A stretch of DNA of 64,000 nucleotides, taken from Candidatus Heimdallarchaeota archaeon (GTDB lineage Archaea > Asgardarchaeota > Heimdallarchaeia > Heimdallarchaeales > Heimdallarchaeaceae). This document shows positions 50,639 to 60,027 of the stretch, in pieces. The translations under genes and the position numbers were made by a program. The stretch is taken from contig JAAFKJ010000001.1 of assembly GCA_021399395.1 (NCBI GenBank), forward strand, positions 30,165 through 94,164. Direction: 5' to 3'. The notes beneath the pieces were generated by a model. That model was not told the origin of the DNA and did no database searches. It worked only from the letters and a program-made list of their open reading frames with translations. Each line of letters begins with the position of its first letter. Position 1 is the first letter of the stretch.

Positions 50639-52456
50639 TTAGAATGGTAGAAAATTAGGGAAACCAGCCATAATGCTGATTGTAGCACCAAGGAAGAGCA
50701 AAACAACTAGAATCCATCCCGCAACATTCTTATTCGATCTGAAGCTTGTTTGTCCATCCAAAGTATACATTCTCTTAATCATCACTATGGGTCTGGGTGT
50801 TCTTCTGTACCATCCTATAATTTCAACTTGTGATCCTATTACTTTCTCTACCCTGAAAAGAGCAGTAATAAACCTCATGAAGCCAAATAGAGGATCATAA
50901 TCTAAGGTAATAATACCAGTTGGATCTTGTAAGACCACATCCTCACTGAAATAGTAACCTGGAGTACCTCTACCAATTATTGTTCCCTTCAAACGAATTG
51001 GTTTTCCTCTGAAAGGTGATGCTTCTGCATAACCATCATCAGAAACATCCGTAACTGCATGCATTATAGGTACCAAAGGTAAATCCTCATAGAGTTTCGG
51101 ATATCGTATTCTTACTCTCCAAATCCACAGTAATCCAGCTAAAGCTAAACCTGCACCTACACCAATCCACACCCAATTCATAGTTACTGTCCAGATATCA
51201 TAATAATCAAACAAGTACAAGAATACACCTACACCTGGAAGTGCAAATGCTAGAATTGGTGCGATATAGGATAGAAATATATCTATCAAAAACTCATCCC
51301 ATAGAGTTTCTTTAATCTGATCTTCACCTAATTTAGGAAACGCTCTTGGAATATTCATTTCTTCAGCTAAATCATCTAGTGCAAGAAGCCTCTTTGCTGC
51401 TAGTGGATGAGTAGACTGTAATTCAAGAAAACCAGCCCATGGACTCTCCAAATCCCAAGCAGCAGCTCTTACAACCATCTCTGGATTAACTTCTCCAACT
51501 TTGGCATTAGCTTGTGCTGACATAACCAAGCCTTGAGCAGCTTTAATGTCAAATATGTTTAATGAACGGGTTGTATTTGTGAAGTTAGAACGAGAGTAGG
51601 CTCTGGTTCTTGTTCTTCTATCTACGCCTTTGTCGTTCATTGTAGTAGCATAAGCTGCCTGGGTCTGAACCATACCATAAGCTATTTTGACTAAAGCCGT
51701 TGAAAGACCCTTTGGATTATTTGTTTCTTGTCCTGAAAATCGATCAGCATAATACTCTCTGACTCTACTAAGGAAGAGAACTAGAAACTGACTTACGATA
51801 TAAAACAGATAAGAAACGATCATAGTAACAACGGCAGCAATAGCAATATAGCCTGCAGCTTTATTGTCACCACCACTAGATCTAAGTCCTACCCTAAGGA
51901 ATCCTCTTGAGAAGATATAGAAAGTGTAAAGAATCATAGGAACAGCCGCTGCGACAGTCATAAAAATGAAATCGCGATGAGCAATGTGTCCCAACTCATG
52001 GGCAACCACACCTTTTTGTTCTTCAGGTGTAAGCAGATTGAGTAATCCATCTGAAATAACTATTCTTGCATTCTTTTTGAATCTACCATAGGTAAGAGCT
52101 GTAGGCATCTGATCATGAATCATCCCAATTTTCTTAATTGACAAGTTTTGCAATTGGCTCTGATCTGCAATTAATTGTGCGAGATGAGGAGGTAATTGCA
52201 TGGGATCAATCCATGTCAGTTTGTATAACCATCTGAAGTTTAAGTCTAGAAGCCACGGAGATATTAGGAACTGTAAAAGAACAATTCCAATTGCTATTAA
52301 TATTGGAAATAATACTATAGTGAAGAAGATATTTGATGCCAATACAAATTCTCCATAATAATGAGCAAGTAGCACAGCACCGACAACAACCGCATAGACT
52401 AAACCCCACAAGAATGCTAGAGTTAACATTCCTCTGAAAATAATTTTGAATTTCAT
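50639..52456 (-). CDS. htpX: M48 (HtpX-like) membrane zinc metalloprotease with C-terminal extension
   Basis: HELGH, SRVREYYAD and STHP; C-terminal TM plus OB-like region. Confidence 0.88.
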   Translation of the reverse strand: MKFKIIFRGMLTLAFLWGLVYAVVVGAVLLAHYYGEFVLASNIFFTIVLFPILIAIGIVLLQFLISPWLLDLNFRWLYKLTWIDPMQLPPHLAQLIADQSQLQNLSIKKIGMIHDQMPTALTYGRFKKNARIVISDGLLNLLTPEEQKGVVAHELGHIAHRDFIFMTVAAAVPMILYTFYIFSRGFLRVGLRSSGGDNKAAGYIAIAAVVTMIVSYLFYIVSQFLVLFLSRVREYYADRFSGQETNNPKGLSTALVKIAYGMVQTQAAYATTMNDKGVDRRTRTRAYSRSNFTNTTRSLNIFDIKAAQGLVMSAQANAKVGEVNPEMVVRAAAWDLESPWAGFLELQSTHPLAAKRLLALDDLAEEMNIPRAFPKLGEDQIKETLWDEFLIDIFLSYIAPILAFALPGVGVFLYLFDYYDIWTVTMNWVWIGVGAGLALAGLLWIWRVRIRYPKLYEDLPLVPIMHAVTDVSDDGYAEASPFRGKPIRLKGTIIGRGTPGYYFSEDVVLQDPTGIITLDYDPLFGFMRFITALFRVEKVIGSQVEIIGWYRRTPRPIVMIKRMYTLDGQTSFRSNKNVAGWILVVLLFLGATISIMAGFPNFLPF

Positions 52457-52502
52457 GTTATCAAGATAGATAGGTACAAACTACTATATATGAATTTTTT
52501 GT

Positions 52503-52828
52503 GTCATACAGTCATGTTGTGGGTGTTTTATAGAGGTCGTCATAAGATCTGGAAGATGACTGGCTTACAGCTTGTACTCACTCTAAGGGACAATTCACGT
52601 GTCCTCCTACTCCGCCCCGCCCACACTCAAAGAGTGCTTACGGATCGCTTGTTAGTTCCTCATTCATAGATGGGAGTATAGGAATGGATTCCATCTCTCT
52701 TGTACCTTGACCACAATCTATGGTGGGATGTGGTCGGCAAAGTCTACACGAGCGGTAAACCCTGTTCCTATACTTTAAGATTATTTGTTCTATATAAACC
52801 CAACAAAAATGTAACATGACTGGATGAC
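52503..52828 (+). ncRNA. Unassigned ~326-nt structured RNA candidate
   Basis: GC-enriched intergenic island; 5' and 3' ends pair over ~30 bp; several internal helices; G-U wobbles consistently favour the + strand. Confidence 0.7.
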
Positions 52829-52881
52829 TGAATTTCTTTATAATTTCATTTTTGATGAAAAATAAAAAAGAGAGAAGAATT

Positions 52882-54357
52882 TTAGTTCTTTCTTCTTCTA
52901 TTAATAAAATACATACCTGCAACAAAGAATGTTAGTAATGATAGAAATGCATAACTACCTTCATCAGTTGGAGTTGGGGTGGGAGTGGGAGTGGGAGTTT
53001 CAGTTGATGGAACATAGAAAGGATAAGTGAAATTAGAAGTCCTTGTTCCTTCAACACTAGTTAAAGCGGTTCCACCACAAACAAAACCTGATTCAATTCC
53101 TAGAAGTGCTAGAGTTGTAGGTGCAATATCTCTTATACTTGTTGCGCCTATTGTGGAGTTTTGCGTAATACCAGGACCAGCTATCATGAATATCCCTCGC
53201 ATTTCTGGATTGTCATTCAAATACCCATGCATACCCACGTACGGTGAACCGAAGTGTCTTGACATTCCTTGGTCTAACCATACGGAGATATTGACACCTC
53301 GATCTGGGTGATTTAGATTAATAGCATCATTCTCTTCATTTACATAGACAGTTTGGATACCAGGAGCCCCTTTTAGATAGGAAGCAAATTCCTCAACTTT
53401 GGAAGTATTAGTTTCATCCATGAAGTAAAGTAATTCAAAGGCTGCGTCATGGGCGATGTAAGGTGTGAGAGAAGTATTGCCTACTGCATCAAGGTAAAAT
53501 TGTTTGTCTTCTAGGAAATAGTAACTATCAGTTACAGTAGCCATTCCATGGTCAGAGGTTAAGATTACAACGGTATCCTTTAACAGATCATTCTTTTCAA
53601 GTACGGAAAAGAATTTATCTAAAGCAGTGTTTATAGAATGGAGGACAGCTTCAAGAGTTGATGAATCTACACCAGAATAATGTCCAGCTGCATCAACACC
53701 GGGTAACCACGCATATGCAAGTTCTATATCAGGATGGCTTACTATTGTTTGTGCAACTGTGTTAGCTATTCCGAAATCAGTTCTCTTATCTTGTGCTCCA
53801 AACCAGTCATAATCATATAAATAAGTAGGGCTAATTCCACCATAGTCAGTACCTTCATCAACATATGGCCATGCGAAAACAGCTGTATTTACAGCATTTT
53901 CTTCAGCATGGATGACTGAAGGTTTTGATGTGAGTAGATGTAATCCTGTATTTGTATTTCTATATGGATCAGCAGCATCAGAGAACAGAGAATACGAATA
54001 GTTGTCTGCCCAATCATAGAATGTGTTTCCGATAATTCCATGCTCATCAACATGATTACCTGTGATCATAGATACATGATTAACAGCTGTAACAGTAGGA
54101 TTCGAAGAAACTTGATAATCAGCTACAATACCTTCTTCCATGAACCATTGAAAAACAAATTCATCGTCAACCTTGGGAAAGTAATCATAGCGGAAAGCGT
54201 CTATACTGAATACTACTACCCTATTTATCTCATTCACTACTGCATTCAATTCAGTAGTTTTTTCATTTTCTATTGCAGTAATTACTGATGAAGATACTAA
54301 AAGAGTACCTAACAGTAAAATAGTAAATAGAGCTTTTGAAAATATTTTTGCTTTCAT
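52882..54357 (-). CDS. Secreted, C-terminally anchored nucleotide pyrophosphatase/phosphodiesterase (alkaline phosphatase superfamily)
   Basis: Signal peptide; SIDAFR, PTVTAVNH, DAAGH, SDHG and HGY; TP linker, TM helix and RRRK tail. Confidence 0.9.
   Translation of the reverse strand: MKAKIFSKALFTILLLGTLLVSSSVITAIENEKTTELNAVVNEINRVVVFSIDAFRYDYFPKVDDEFVFQWFMEEGIVADYQVSSNPTVTAVNHVSMITGNHVDEHGIIGNTFYDWADNYSYSLFSDAADPYRNTNTGLHLLTSKPSVIHAEENAVNTAVFAWPYVDEGTDYGGISPTYLYDYDWFGAQDKRTDFGIANTVAQTIVSHPDIELAYAWLPGVDAAGHYSGVDSSTLEAVLHSINTALDKFFSVLEKNDLLKDTVVILTSDHGMATVTDSYYFLEDKQFYLDAVGNTSLTPYIAHDAAFELLYFMDETNTSKVEEFASYLKGAPGIQTVYVNEENDAINLNHPDRGVNISVWLDQGMSRHFGSPYVGMHGYLNDNPEMRGIFMIAGPGITQNSTIGATSIRDIAPTTLALLGIESGFVCGGTALTSVEGTRTSNFTYPFYVPSTETPTPTPTPTPTDEGSYAFLSLLTFFVAGMYFINRRRKN
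52967..53006 (-). repeat. Coding 6-bp tandem repeat encoding a Thr-Pro linker
   Basis: + strand gttgga/gtggga units; protein TETPTPTPTPTPT. Confidence 0.8.
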
Positions 54358-54427
54358 TTAACTCAAGAGTCTTATAGTATCGGTTATTATATTTCTTTCG
54401 CAAAAATGACCAATTCATCTAGTTCAT

Positions 54428-55081
54428 TCAATATAATGAAAGAAGTTCAATCATTTTACCAATTGTTAATGATGCAGTGATTTTCTTTCTTCTGGTTCCT
54501 GGAGATCCTTCAGATCCAAAGTAAATAAACTTAACATCAGCATTTTGAGCAGTTTCTGCATCTACCCATGAATCACCAATAAAGATAGTTGACAACTTGT
54601 CTTTCTGGTATTTTTGCATTAATTTGTAAATCCCCTCTGGATCAGGTTTACTATTCTTTACATCATCTCTTGTTAAAACGAACTCGAAAAGATGATTGAA
54701 ATTGTACTCCTGTAATGCATAGTCTGTAATCTTTCTGGAGTTGTTGGTATAAATCACTAAAATATGTCCTTTGTTCTTTAATTTTTCAAGTGTTCTTATC
54801 ACATCATCTTCGACGAAAGCTTTCTCATATCCCTTAAGTTCGTATTCTTCAACTAAGTTCCAAGCTTTTTCATATTCTTGTCCTGAAGAATCTTTTTCTT
54901 TGATGAGAAAAGTTAGTTCAAGAATAGTATAAATTGTACGCCTGATCTTCTGGTACTCTTCTTCTGTTACAATTTCTCTTAGAATCTCTCTTAGTTTATC
55001 TCTAATACCCATATAATCAATATCTGACTGGATTAAAGTACCATCCATATCAAATATCATTAGAAGATTTGAACTATCCAT
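54428..55081 (-). CDS. HAD-superfamily hydrolase
   Basis: FDMDGTL, KPDPEG and IGDSWVD. Confidence 0.92.
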   Translation of the reverse strand: MDSSNLLMIFDMDGTLIQSDIDYMGIRDKLREILREIVTEEEYQKIRRTIYTILELTFLIKEKDSSGQEYEKAWNLVEEYELKGYEKAFVEDDVIRTLEKLKNKGHILVIYTNNSRKITDYALQEYNFNHLFEFVLTRDDVKNSKPDPEGIYKLMQKYQKDKLSTIFIGDSWVDAETAQNADVKFIYFGSEGSPGTRRKKITASLTIGKMIELLSLY

Positions 55082-55190
55082 AATATCACTTTTATAGATT
55101 GGTTTAGATTATTAACAATTTGGTTATTTACAGAAGCAGAACTATAGTTAATCTTTTATTTTTACATCTGAATTATATGTTGGTGTTCCT

Positions 55191-56414
55191 TTGAGTACGA
55201 AGAGTCTTGAGTTTGAATTCATTCCTTATGAACCTATTTTCTCTAATCTAAAAGAGACCTACAATCAATATTCAAGATTGTATAATGATTTCACAAAGGC
55301 TGGAGAGGAAAATGTTGCTTTCAAGGTTCTATCTTATCATTATGCAGGGATGTTATATGTAATTAAAGGCGATGAACTTAATACTAAGAAGAAATATGAT
55401 GAAGCTCTCAAAAGTTATGAAGAGGGATTGAAGCTCATTAACCGCTCTAGAGCATCAAGAGGACGAGAGGGAGATAGAATTTTCAATGAAATGGTCTTGT
55501 GGATTAATTACTGTGAAGGAATGCAACGTATTTGTCAAAGTTACATTGAAGAAGATACTTCTAGGAAGCTTAGTCTTTTAGAAGAAAGTGTCACTTTCCA
55601 CAATAATTTTTACGAAACTCGAAAAATAAATGATGATTCTATAAGTGTAATAGCTGCTGAAGCAAGATCCTGTTATACTCAATATATACATAATCTATTT
55701 AGCTCAGAATTACATAGTGACAATACAAAACAAGCTAAAAAATACCTTCTCAAAGCTAGAACTGAGATTATGAAAGCCAATTTCATTTACAATTCTCTTA
55801 ATGAGGAATTAGAAGAAATTCATAACAAGATTGATGAAATAACCAAATCACATATAGTTGCTAGAGCTGAGAAATACTGGGATCAGGGGACAACTCACAT
55901 AACAGAAAGCAATTTTAATGAAGCTCAAAGAGATTTTGCTATAGCTTCAAAATACTACATTAGAGCAAGTGCTATCTGCGCTAATTTTATGGAACAACGT
56001 TTGTATTTAGCACTCTCCAGAATAACAGAAGCTAGTCAATATGAAGCAGAAGCTAATGAAATGTATAAGAGACAAGATAAACCTAAAGAAGCAAGTGAAT
56101 TATTCAATCAAGCTGTAGATATCATAGATATTGCTTTAGGACTTTTAACAAGTATCAAAAGCGAATCACTAATAAATAATATGACTGCTCAAAGATCCTT
56201 TTACGAAGCTCTTGCTTTTGAAACTGAAGGGATTTTTCTATTTGATAGTGAGCAATTTGACGAAGCTCTAATATTCTTCGAAGATTCTATGAAGAAACTT
56301 GAAGAAACACAAATTAGTGCATCAGAAGGAAATATTGACCAATTGCTAGAATTTGTTCGAACAGCAAAAAGTGAAGTCGAAGGTTACATTTCTATGGTCC
56401 GAGCAATGATATAG
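55191..56414 (+). CDS. All-alpha (TPR-like solenoid) hypothetical protein
   Basis: 407-aa ORF with repeated amphipathic helix pairs (KKYDEALKSYEEG, NFNEAQRDFAIA, QFDEALIFFEDS). Confidence 0.6.
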   Translation: MSTKSLEFEFIPYEPIFSNLKETYNQYSRLYNDFTKAGEENVAFKVLSYHYAGMLYVIKGDELNTKKKYDEALKSYEEGLKLINRSRASRGREGDRIFNEMVLWINYCEGMQRICQSYIEEDTSRKLSLLEESVTFHNNFYETRKINDDSISVIAAEARSCYTQYIHNLFSSELHSDNTKQAKKYLLKARTEIMKANFIYNSLNEELEEIHNKIDEITKSHIVARAEKYWDQGTTHITESNFNEAQRDFAIASKYYIRASAICANFMEQRLYLALSRITEASQYEAEANEMYKRQDKPKEASELFNQAVDIIDIALGLLTSIKSESLINNMTAQRSFYEALAFETEGIFLFDSEQFDEALIFFEDSMKKLEETQISASEGNIDQLLEFVRTAKSEVEGYISMVRAMI

Positions 56415-56455
56415 TAAAAGAAGATGAATTAATTGCATCTCATTTTAGTTCTTTA

Positions 56456-56470
56456 CAGAAACCTTTATAC
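56456..56470 (+). promoter_or_regulatory. BRE-TATA promoter of the C/D sRNA
   Basis: CAGAAA-CC-TTTATAC, ending ~23 nt upstream of the terminal stem at 56493; no + strand ORF follows. Confidence 0.6.
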
Positions 56471-56492
56471 TAAATTCAAGCAATTTCTATTT

Positions 56493-56570
56493 GAAGAATC
56501 ATCAATGATTAAACAACGGTCTCGGATCAAGTCGAAATGACAGCTGATGGGCGAATTGAGGTGGTTCTTC
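56493..56570 (+). ncRNA. Box C/D guide sRNA candidate (2'-O-methylation guide)
   Basis: 11-bp terminal stem; C box ATGATTA, D' CGGA, C' ATGACAG and D box TTGA; two 11-12 nt guides complementary to conserved 23S rRNA sequences. Confidence 0.75.
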
Positions 56571-56576
56571 TTTATC

Positions 56577-58304
56577 TCATTCTATAACTGTTTCAATTAT
56601 CTCGTTATATTTGTAAAATGAGAGCCTTTTATGCCCTGTAGCTGATACTAAACCCAGAGAGTTTCCTCCAGATAAATCATCTTGCAATGAGAAATATACA
56701 AAACCTTTGAACACTGTCTGATTTAAAACAAGTTCTAGCAAATTAGCTAGTGCTCCAGCTTGTATCCTTTCTCCGTACATTACCGCTGAAATACCAAATT
56801 CACATATCCACAACTCTTTGGTTGATGGTGTAGTTTGGTCTAGAAATGGTGTTAGATCTAGTTCACGGGCATGGATGATGTAATAATCAATTCCCACAAA
56901 ATCTACTGTAGTATTTTTCCAAATAGACTCAAATACACTTACTGTGTGATTAAGCAGACTGAAATCATTATATGAGAGGTTCACTCCGATTTCAGTATCA
57001 TTTGAATAGGAGTGTATTACTGAGACTGTATCTTCTATAGCATCTGCCCACCCATCTGGGCTTGGAATATTTCTAACATATGCTGATGAGAAACCATAAG
57101 GTTCAGGATAAATTAACAGAAATTCAGGATCACATAATTGTATTATTTCAATTGCTTGATTTTCAATTTCGGCGATATAATCTGTAAAATTAACCTGTTG
57201 ATAATTCCAAGTTGGGAATCCATATCCATAGGTTGATAACATGATCTTAAAGCCATTTGCTTTTAGCTCGTCTGTTATCCCCTGTAATTCTGTACTATGA
57301 TCATAGAGTAATTCAGATTTGATGTCCATTCTAACAGTTGTTACATTCAGATCTATCAATAAATCTAATTCTTTTTGAAATTCTTCAAGATAATTGTCTG
57401 GTAGAGATTGCTGATAAGTAACTGTTTTCAGAGAAACACCGAATTCAAAATCATTTCTTTCTGGATATACAGGGTTGTAATCTTTTGATGTGAACTCTCC
57501 AAAAGAAGCCATTGTTCCAATATTCAGAAGAGTAAAAACAATTAGTAATATGATGCCCATTGCATAAATTCCTTTAGCACCATTATCTAGAAAGACTTTA
57601 ATTTGAGGTAAAATAGGTGGTTTTTCTTGCTTAATTTGATCAATCTCTTCTGTAAAAACACTCTTTTTGGGTTTTTCTTCTATTTTTGTCTCCTTCTTTT
57701 GTGATTCTTTTTCGGATTCAACAATTTTCTTCTGTGGTTTCTTCTTTTTCTCAGCAACTTTAGTTGGTTGCTTCTTTAATTTAATTGGAACAGCAAATGG
57801 AATAAGAATCAAGACAGGATAGAAATAACCTACAGCGCCATAGAGAAAAGCTTCGAAAGATGCAAATCCTATAGATGGAATTATCATAAACCATTCCAGA
57901 GCTTTTGGAAGGATGAATGCTGTTTGAGCTTCTACAAAATTAAGTAGAAGCATACTTGCTTGTAATGCAAGAATTGTGAATAAGACATTTATTATTTTCC
58001 CCCATCTTGTAGCTTCAATTTTTCCTTTCAATGAAAGAATAGTAACAATTAGATTGTTAATAAAGAGTAGAAAACATCCTACTATTGCCCCCCAGATAAA
58101 TTCAGTTGACAAAGATAAATTAAACCATAGAAAAATCAGAACCGTACCTGTTAACATCACCCCAGCTGAACTCAGATTCCAAGCTTGTTTGTTTAAATTG
58201 GGTTTAGCAAACGATTCATAAATTAATTTTCCTGATACGCTTGCATTGTACAGTAATGCCATGTATGCAAATACAATTGATGCTTCTGGAGGTAAGATGG
58301 ACAT
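56577..58304 (-). CDS. Membrane protein with C-terminal glycoside-hydrolase-like TIM barrel
   Basis: N-terminal TM bundle and K/E-rich linker; TVRMD, YPEP, DFVGIDYY and WICEFG (clan GH-A-like). Confidence 0.7.
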   Translation of the reverse strand: MSILPPEASIVFAYMALLYNASVSGKLIYESFAKPNLNKQAWNLSSAGVMLTGTVLIFLWFNLSLSTEFIWGAIVGCFLLFINNLIVTILSLKGKIEATRWGKIINVLFTILALQASMLLLNFVEAQTAFILPKALEWFMIIPSIGFASFEAFLYGAVGYFYPVLILIPFAVPIKLKKQPTKVAEKKKKPQKKIVESEKESQKKETKIEEKPKKSVFTEEIDQIKQEKPPILPQIKVFLDNGAKGIYAMGIILLIVFTLLNIGTMASFGEFTSKDYNPVYPERNDFEFGVSLKTVTYQQSLPDNYLEEFQKELDLLIDLNVTTVRMDIKSELLYDHSTELQGITDELKANGFKIMLSTYGYGFPTWNYQQVNFTDYIAEIENQAIEIIQLCDPEFLLIYPEPYGFSSAYVRNIPSPDGWADAIEDTVSVIHSYSNDTEIGVNLSYNDFSLLNHTVSVFESIWKNTTVDFVGIDYYIIHARELDLTPFLDQTTPSTKELWICEFGISAVMYGERIQAGALANLLELVLNQTVFKGFVYFSLQDDLSGGNSLGLVSATGHKRLSFYKYNEIIETVIE

Positions 58305-58358
58305 TCGTTTTCAACCTCAAGTAACTAGGACGTTTAAATAACTTACCATTTCTGGTTC

Positions 58359-59078
58359 TCAAGTTGTTAACAAATCATTCAAATCATATAGCGAGCCTCT
58401 GAAATCTGGTTCGGTTTCCTCAGTAATTGTTTCTTCATTTTCTGCAGCTGTTTCAATCAAGAAGGTCTCATAACCATATTTCTTTGCATGTAGATCACGG
58501 AAAGCATCGTTCCCGATCATTAGGGAATTTTTTGGATTTATTCCCATATCTTCAGCTATGTTCAACCAATAATACTTGTTATTCTTACAATAATAACTAT
58601 TTTCAGCATGAGTAATAAGATCAAAGAAATCCTCAGAAATATCCCCCCACATCATCCTTTTCTGAACTGCAACAAATGGAAAAACAGGGTTTGTTGCAAG
58701 TATTATTTTTGTTTCAGGATGATGCTTTTTCAAGTTCAAGAGTAACTCTTTCGCTCCGTCCATTTGACTTATCAGTGGTTGAATTACATTGTATCCAGTT
58801 TGATAGAATTCGAGAAATCTTTCGGTTATCTTGTTGCACTCAACATCAAATTTTGGACAAAAATCTTGTAAAAAGTCTTCTAATGTTGTAGTTGTTTCGT
58901 TATCACCATTCTCCATAACATCTGTTGAGTTTAACAATTCTTGATAAAAAGAATCAGGATTGGGAATCAAATCAATAAAGAATTTTGCAGCTGCTCCCAA
59001 ATATGTTTTGATAAATAAGTTTGGTTCAAAATATATCAAAGTTCCATCTAAATCAAAGAGTAAAGCTTCGTAGGTCAT
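58359..59078 (-). CDS. HAD-superfamily hydrolase
   Basis: FDLDGTL, LATNP and MIGND. Confidence 0.9.
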   Translation of the reverse strand: MTYEALLFDLDGTLIYFEPNLFIKTYLGAAAKFFIDLIPNPDSFYQELLNSTDVMENGDNETTTTLEDFLQDFCPKFDVECNKITERFLEFYQTGYNVIQPLISQMDGAKELLLNLKKHHPETKIILATNPVFPFVAVQKRMMWGDISEDFFDLITHAENSYYCKNNKYYWLNIAEDMGINPKNSLMIGNDAFRDLHAKKYGYETFLIETAAENEETITEETEPDFRGSLYDLNDLLTT

Positions 59079-59090
59079 TGTATCATATCC

Positions 59091-59969
59091 TCATCTTAGA
59101 AATTTGTAGTGTGTATCTAAACAGATACCTATGCATCCAGGTCCAGTATGTGTCACTATAGTCATTCCAAGGTCATTTATTGCTATATTACAATCTTTTG
59201 GTCTGATTTCGTTTTCAATATATTCTTTCAAATAATTAGCAGATTCTATGTTATTTGCATGCATTATATAAGCATTGAATTTTTCTGGTTTTCCAGTTTT
59301 TTCATATGCTATCCTGAAAGATTCAATAACTGCATTACGATGTCCTCTAACAGTTTTCTCGACTTCCATTTTACCATCGATGAAGCATATGACAGGTTTC
59401 ATGTCAGCTAATTTTGCTATCCAATACTTTGACTTACTCAATCGCCCTCCTTTGTGCAAATAGATCAAATCTGGAACTGTAAAACCAACTTCTAGTTTGT
59501 CTTTATATTCATCAAGTTTTACAATAATTTCTTCAGCTGTTTTTCCTTCTTTTGCTAGCTCTGATGCCATGATAGCTAACAATCCAATCCCAAAAGTAGC
59601 CAATTGTGAATCATAGATATGAATTTTTGCTGGGTTTTCAACTCGTTTTTCATACATTCTTCTAGCATTAATTGCTGTGTTGAAGGACCCCGATATTCCA
59701 GATGAAATTACTATATTCAGTACTTCATCTGCTTCCTTACCTAGTTTTTCAAAAAGTTCATACTGGTGATGTAAAGTAGGGTTAGCAGTTTGTGGAAGTT
59801 TGTCAGAAGCAAAAAACTTTTCGTAATATTGCTCGATATCTATATCCACGCCCTCATAATATATTTGATCGCCAAATCTAATTACAGTAGGTACGAGGGA
59901 AATCTCGTATTTTTTCAGCATTTCGGGTGAAAGATCGGCAGCACTATCAGTCATAATTTTAATAGTCAT
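59091..59969 (-). CDS. degV: DegV family fatty-acid-binding protein
   Basis: IMTDSAADL, ISSGISGS, YLHKGGR and HTGPG. Confidence 0.93.
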   Translation of the reverse strand: MTIKIMTDSAADLSPEMLKKYEISLVPTVIRFGDQIYYEGVDIDIEQYYEKFFASDKLPQTANPTLHHQYELFEKLGKEADEVLNIVISSGISGSFNTAINARRMYEKRVENPAKIHIYDSQLATFGIGLLAIMASELAKEGKTAEEIIVKLDEYKDKLEVGFTVPDLIYLHKGGRLSKSKYWIAKLADMKPVICFIDGKMEVEKTVRGHRNAVIESFRIAYEKTGKPEKFNAYIMHANNIESANYLKEYIENEIRPKDCNIAINDLGMTIVTHTGPGCIGICLDTHYKFLR

Positions 59970-60027
59970 GTTTGAAACCTAAAGGAAAGAGAAAAAGAGA
60001 TAAATTTAAACTTTGCTTGAAAACATA

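Noticed and set aside
52503-52828. Identification as SRP RNA, RNase P RNA, group II intron domain V or IS110 bridge RNA
   Set aside because: Only fragmentary resemblances (TCTGGAAGA, GCGGTAAACC, AAAGTCTACACG); the diagnostic motifs and helix order are missing, and there is no adjacent recombinase
52638-52925. 95-aa minus-strand ORF
   Set aside because: Overlaps the phosphodiesterase stop and terminator and the structured RNA; no protein-like features
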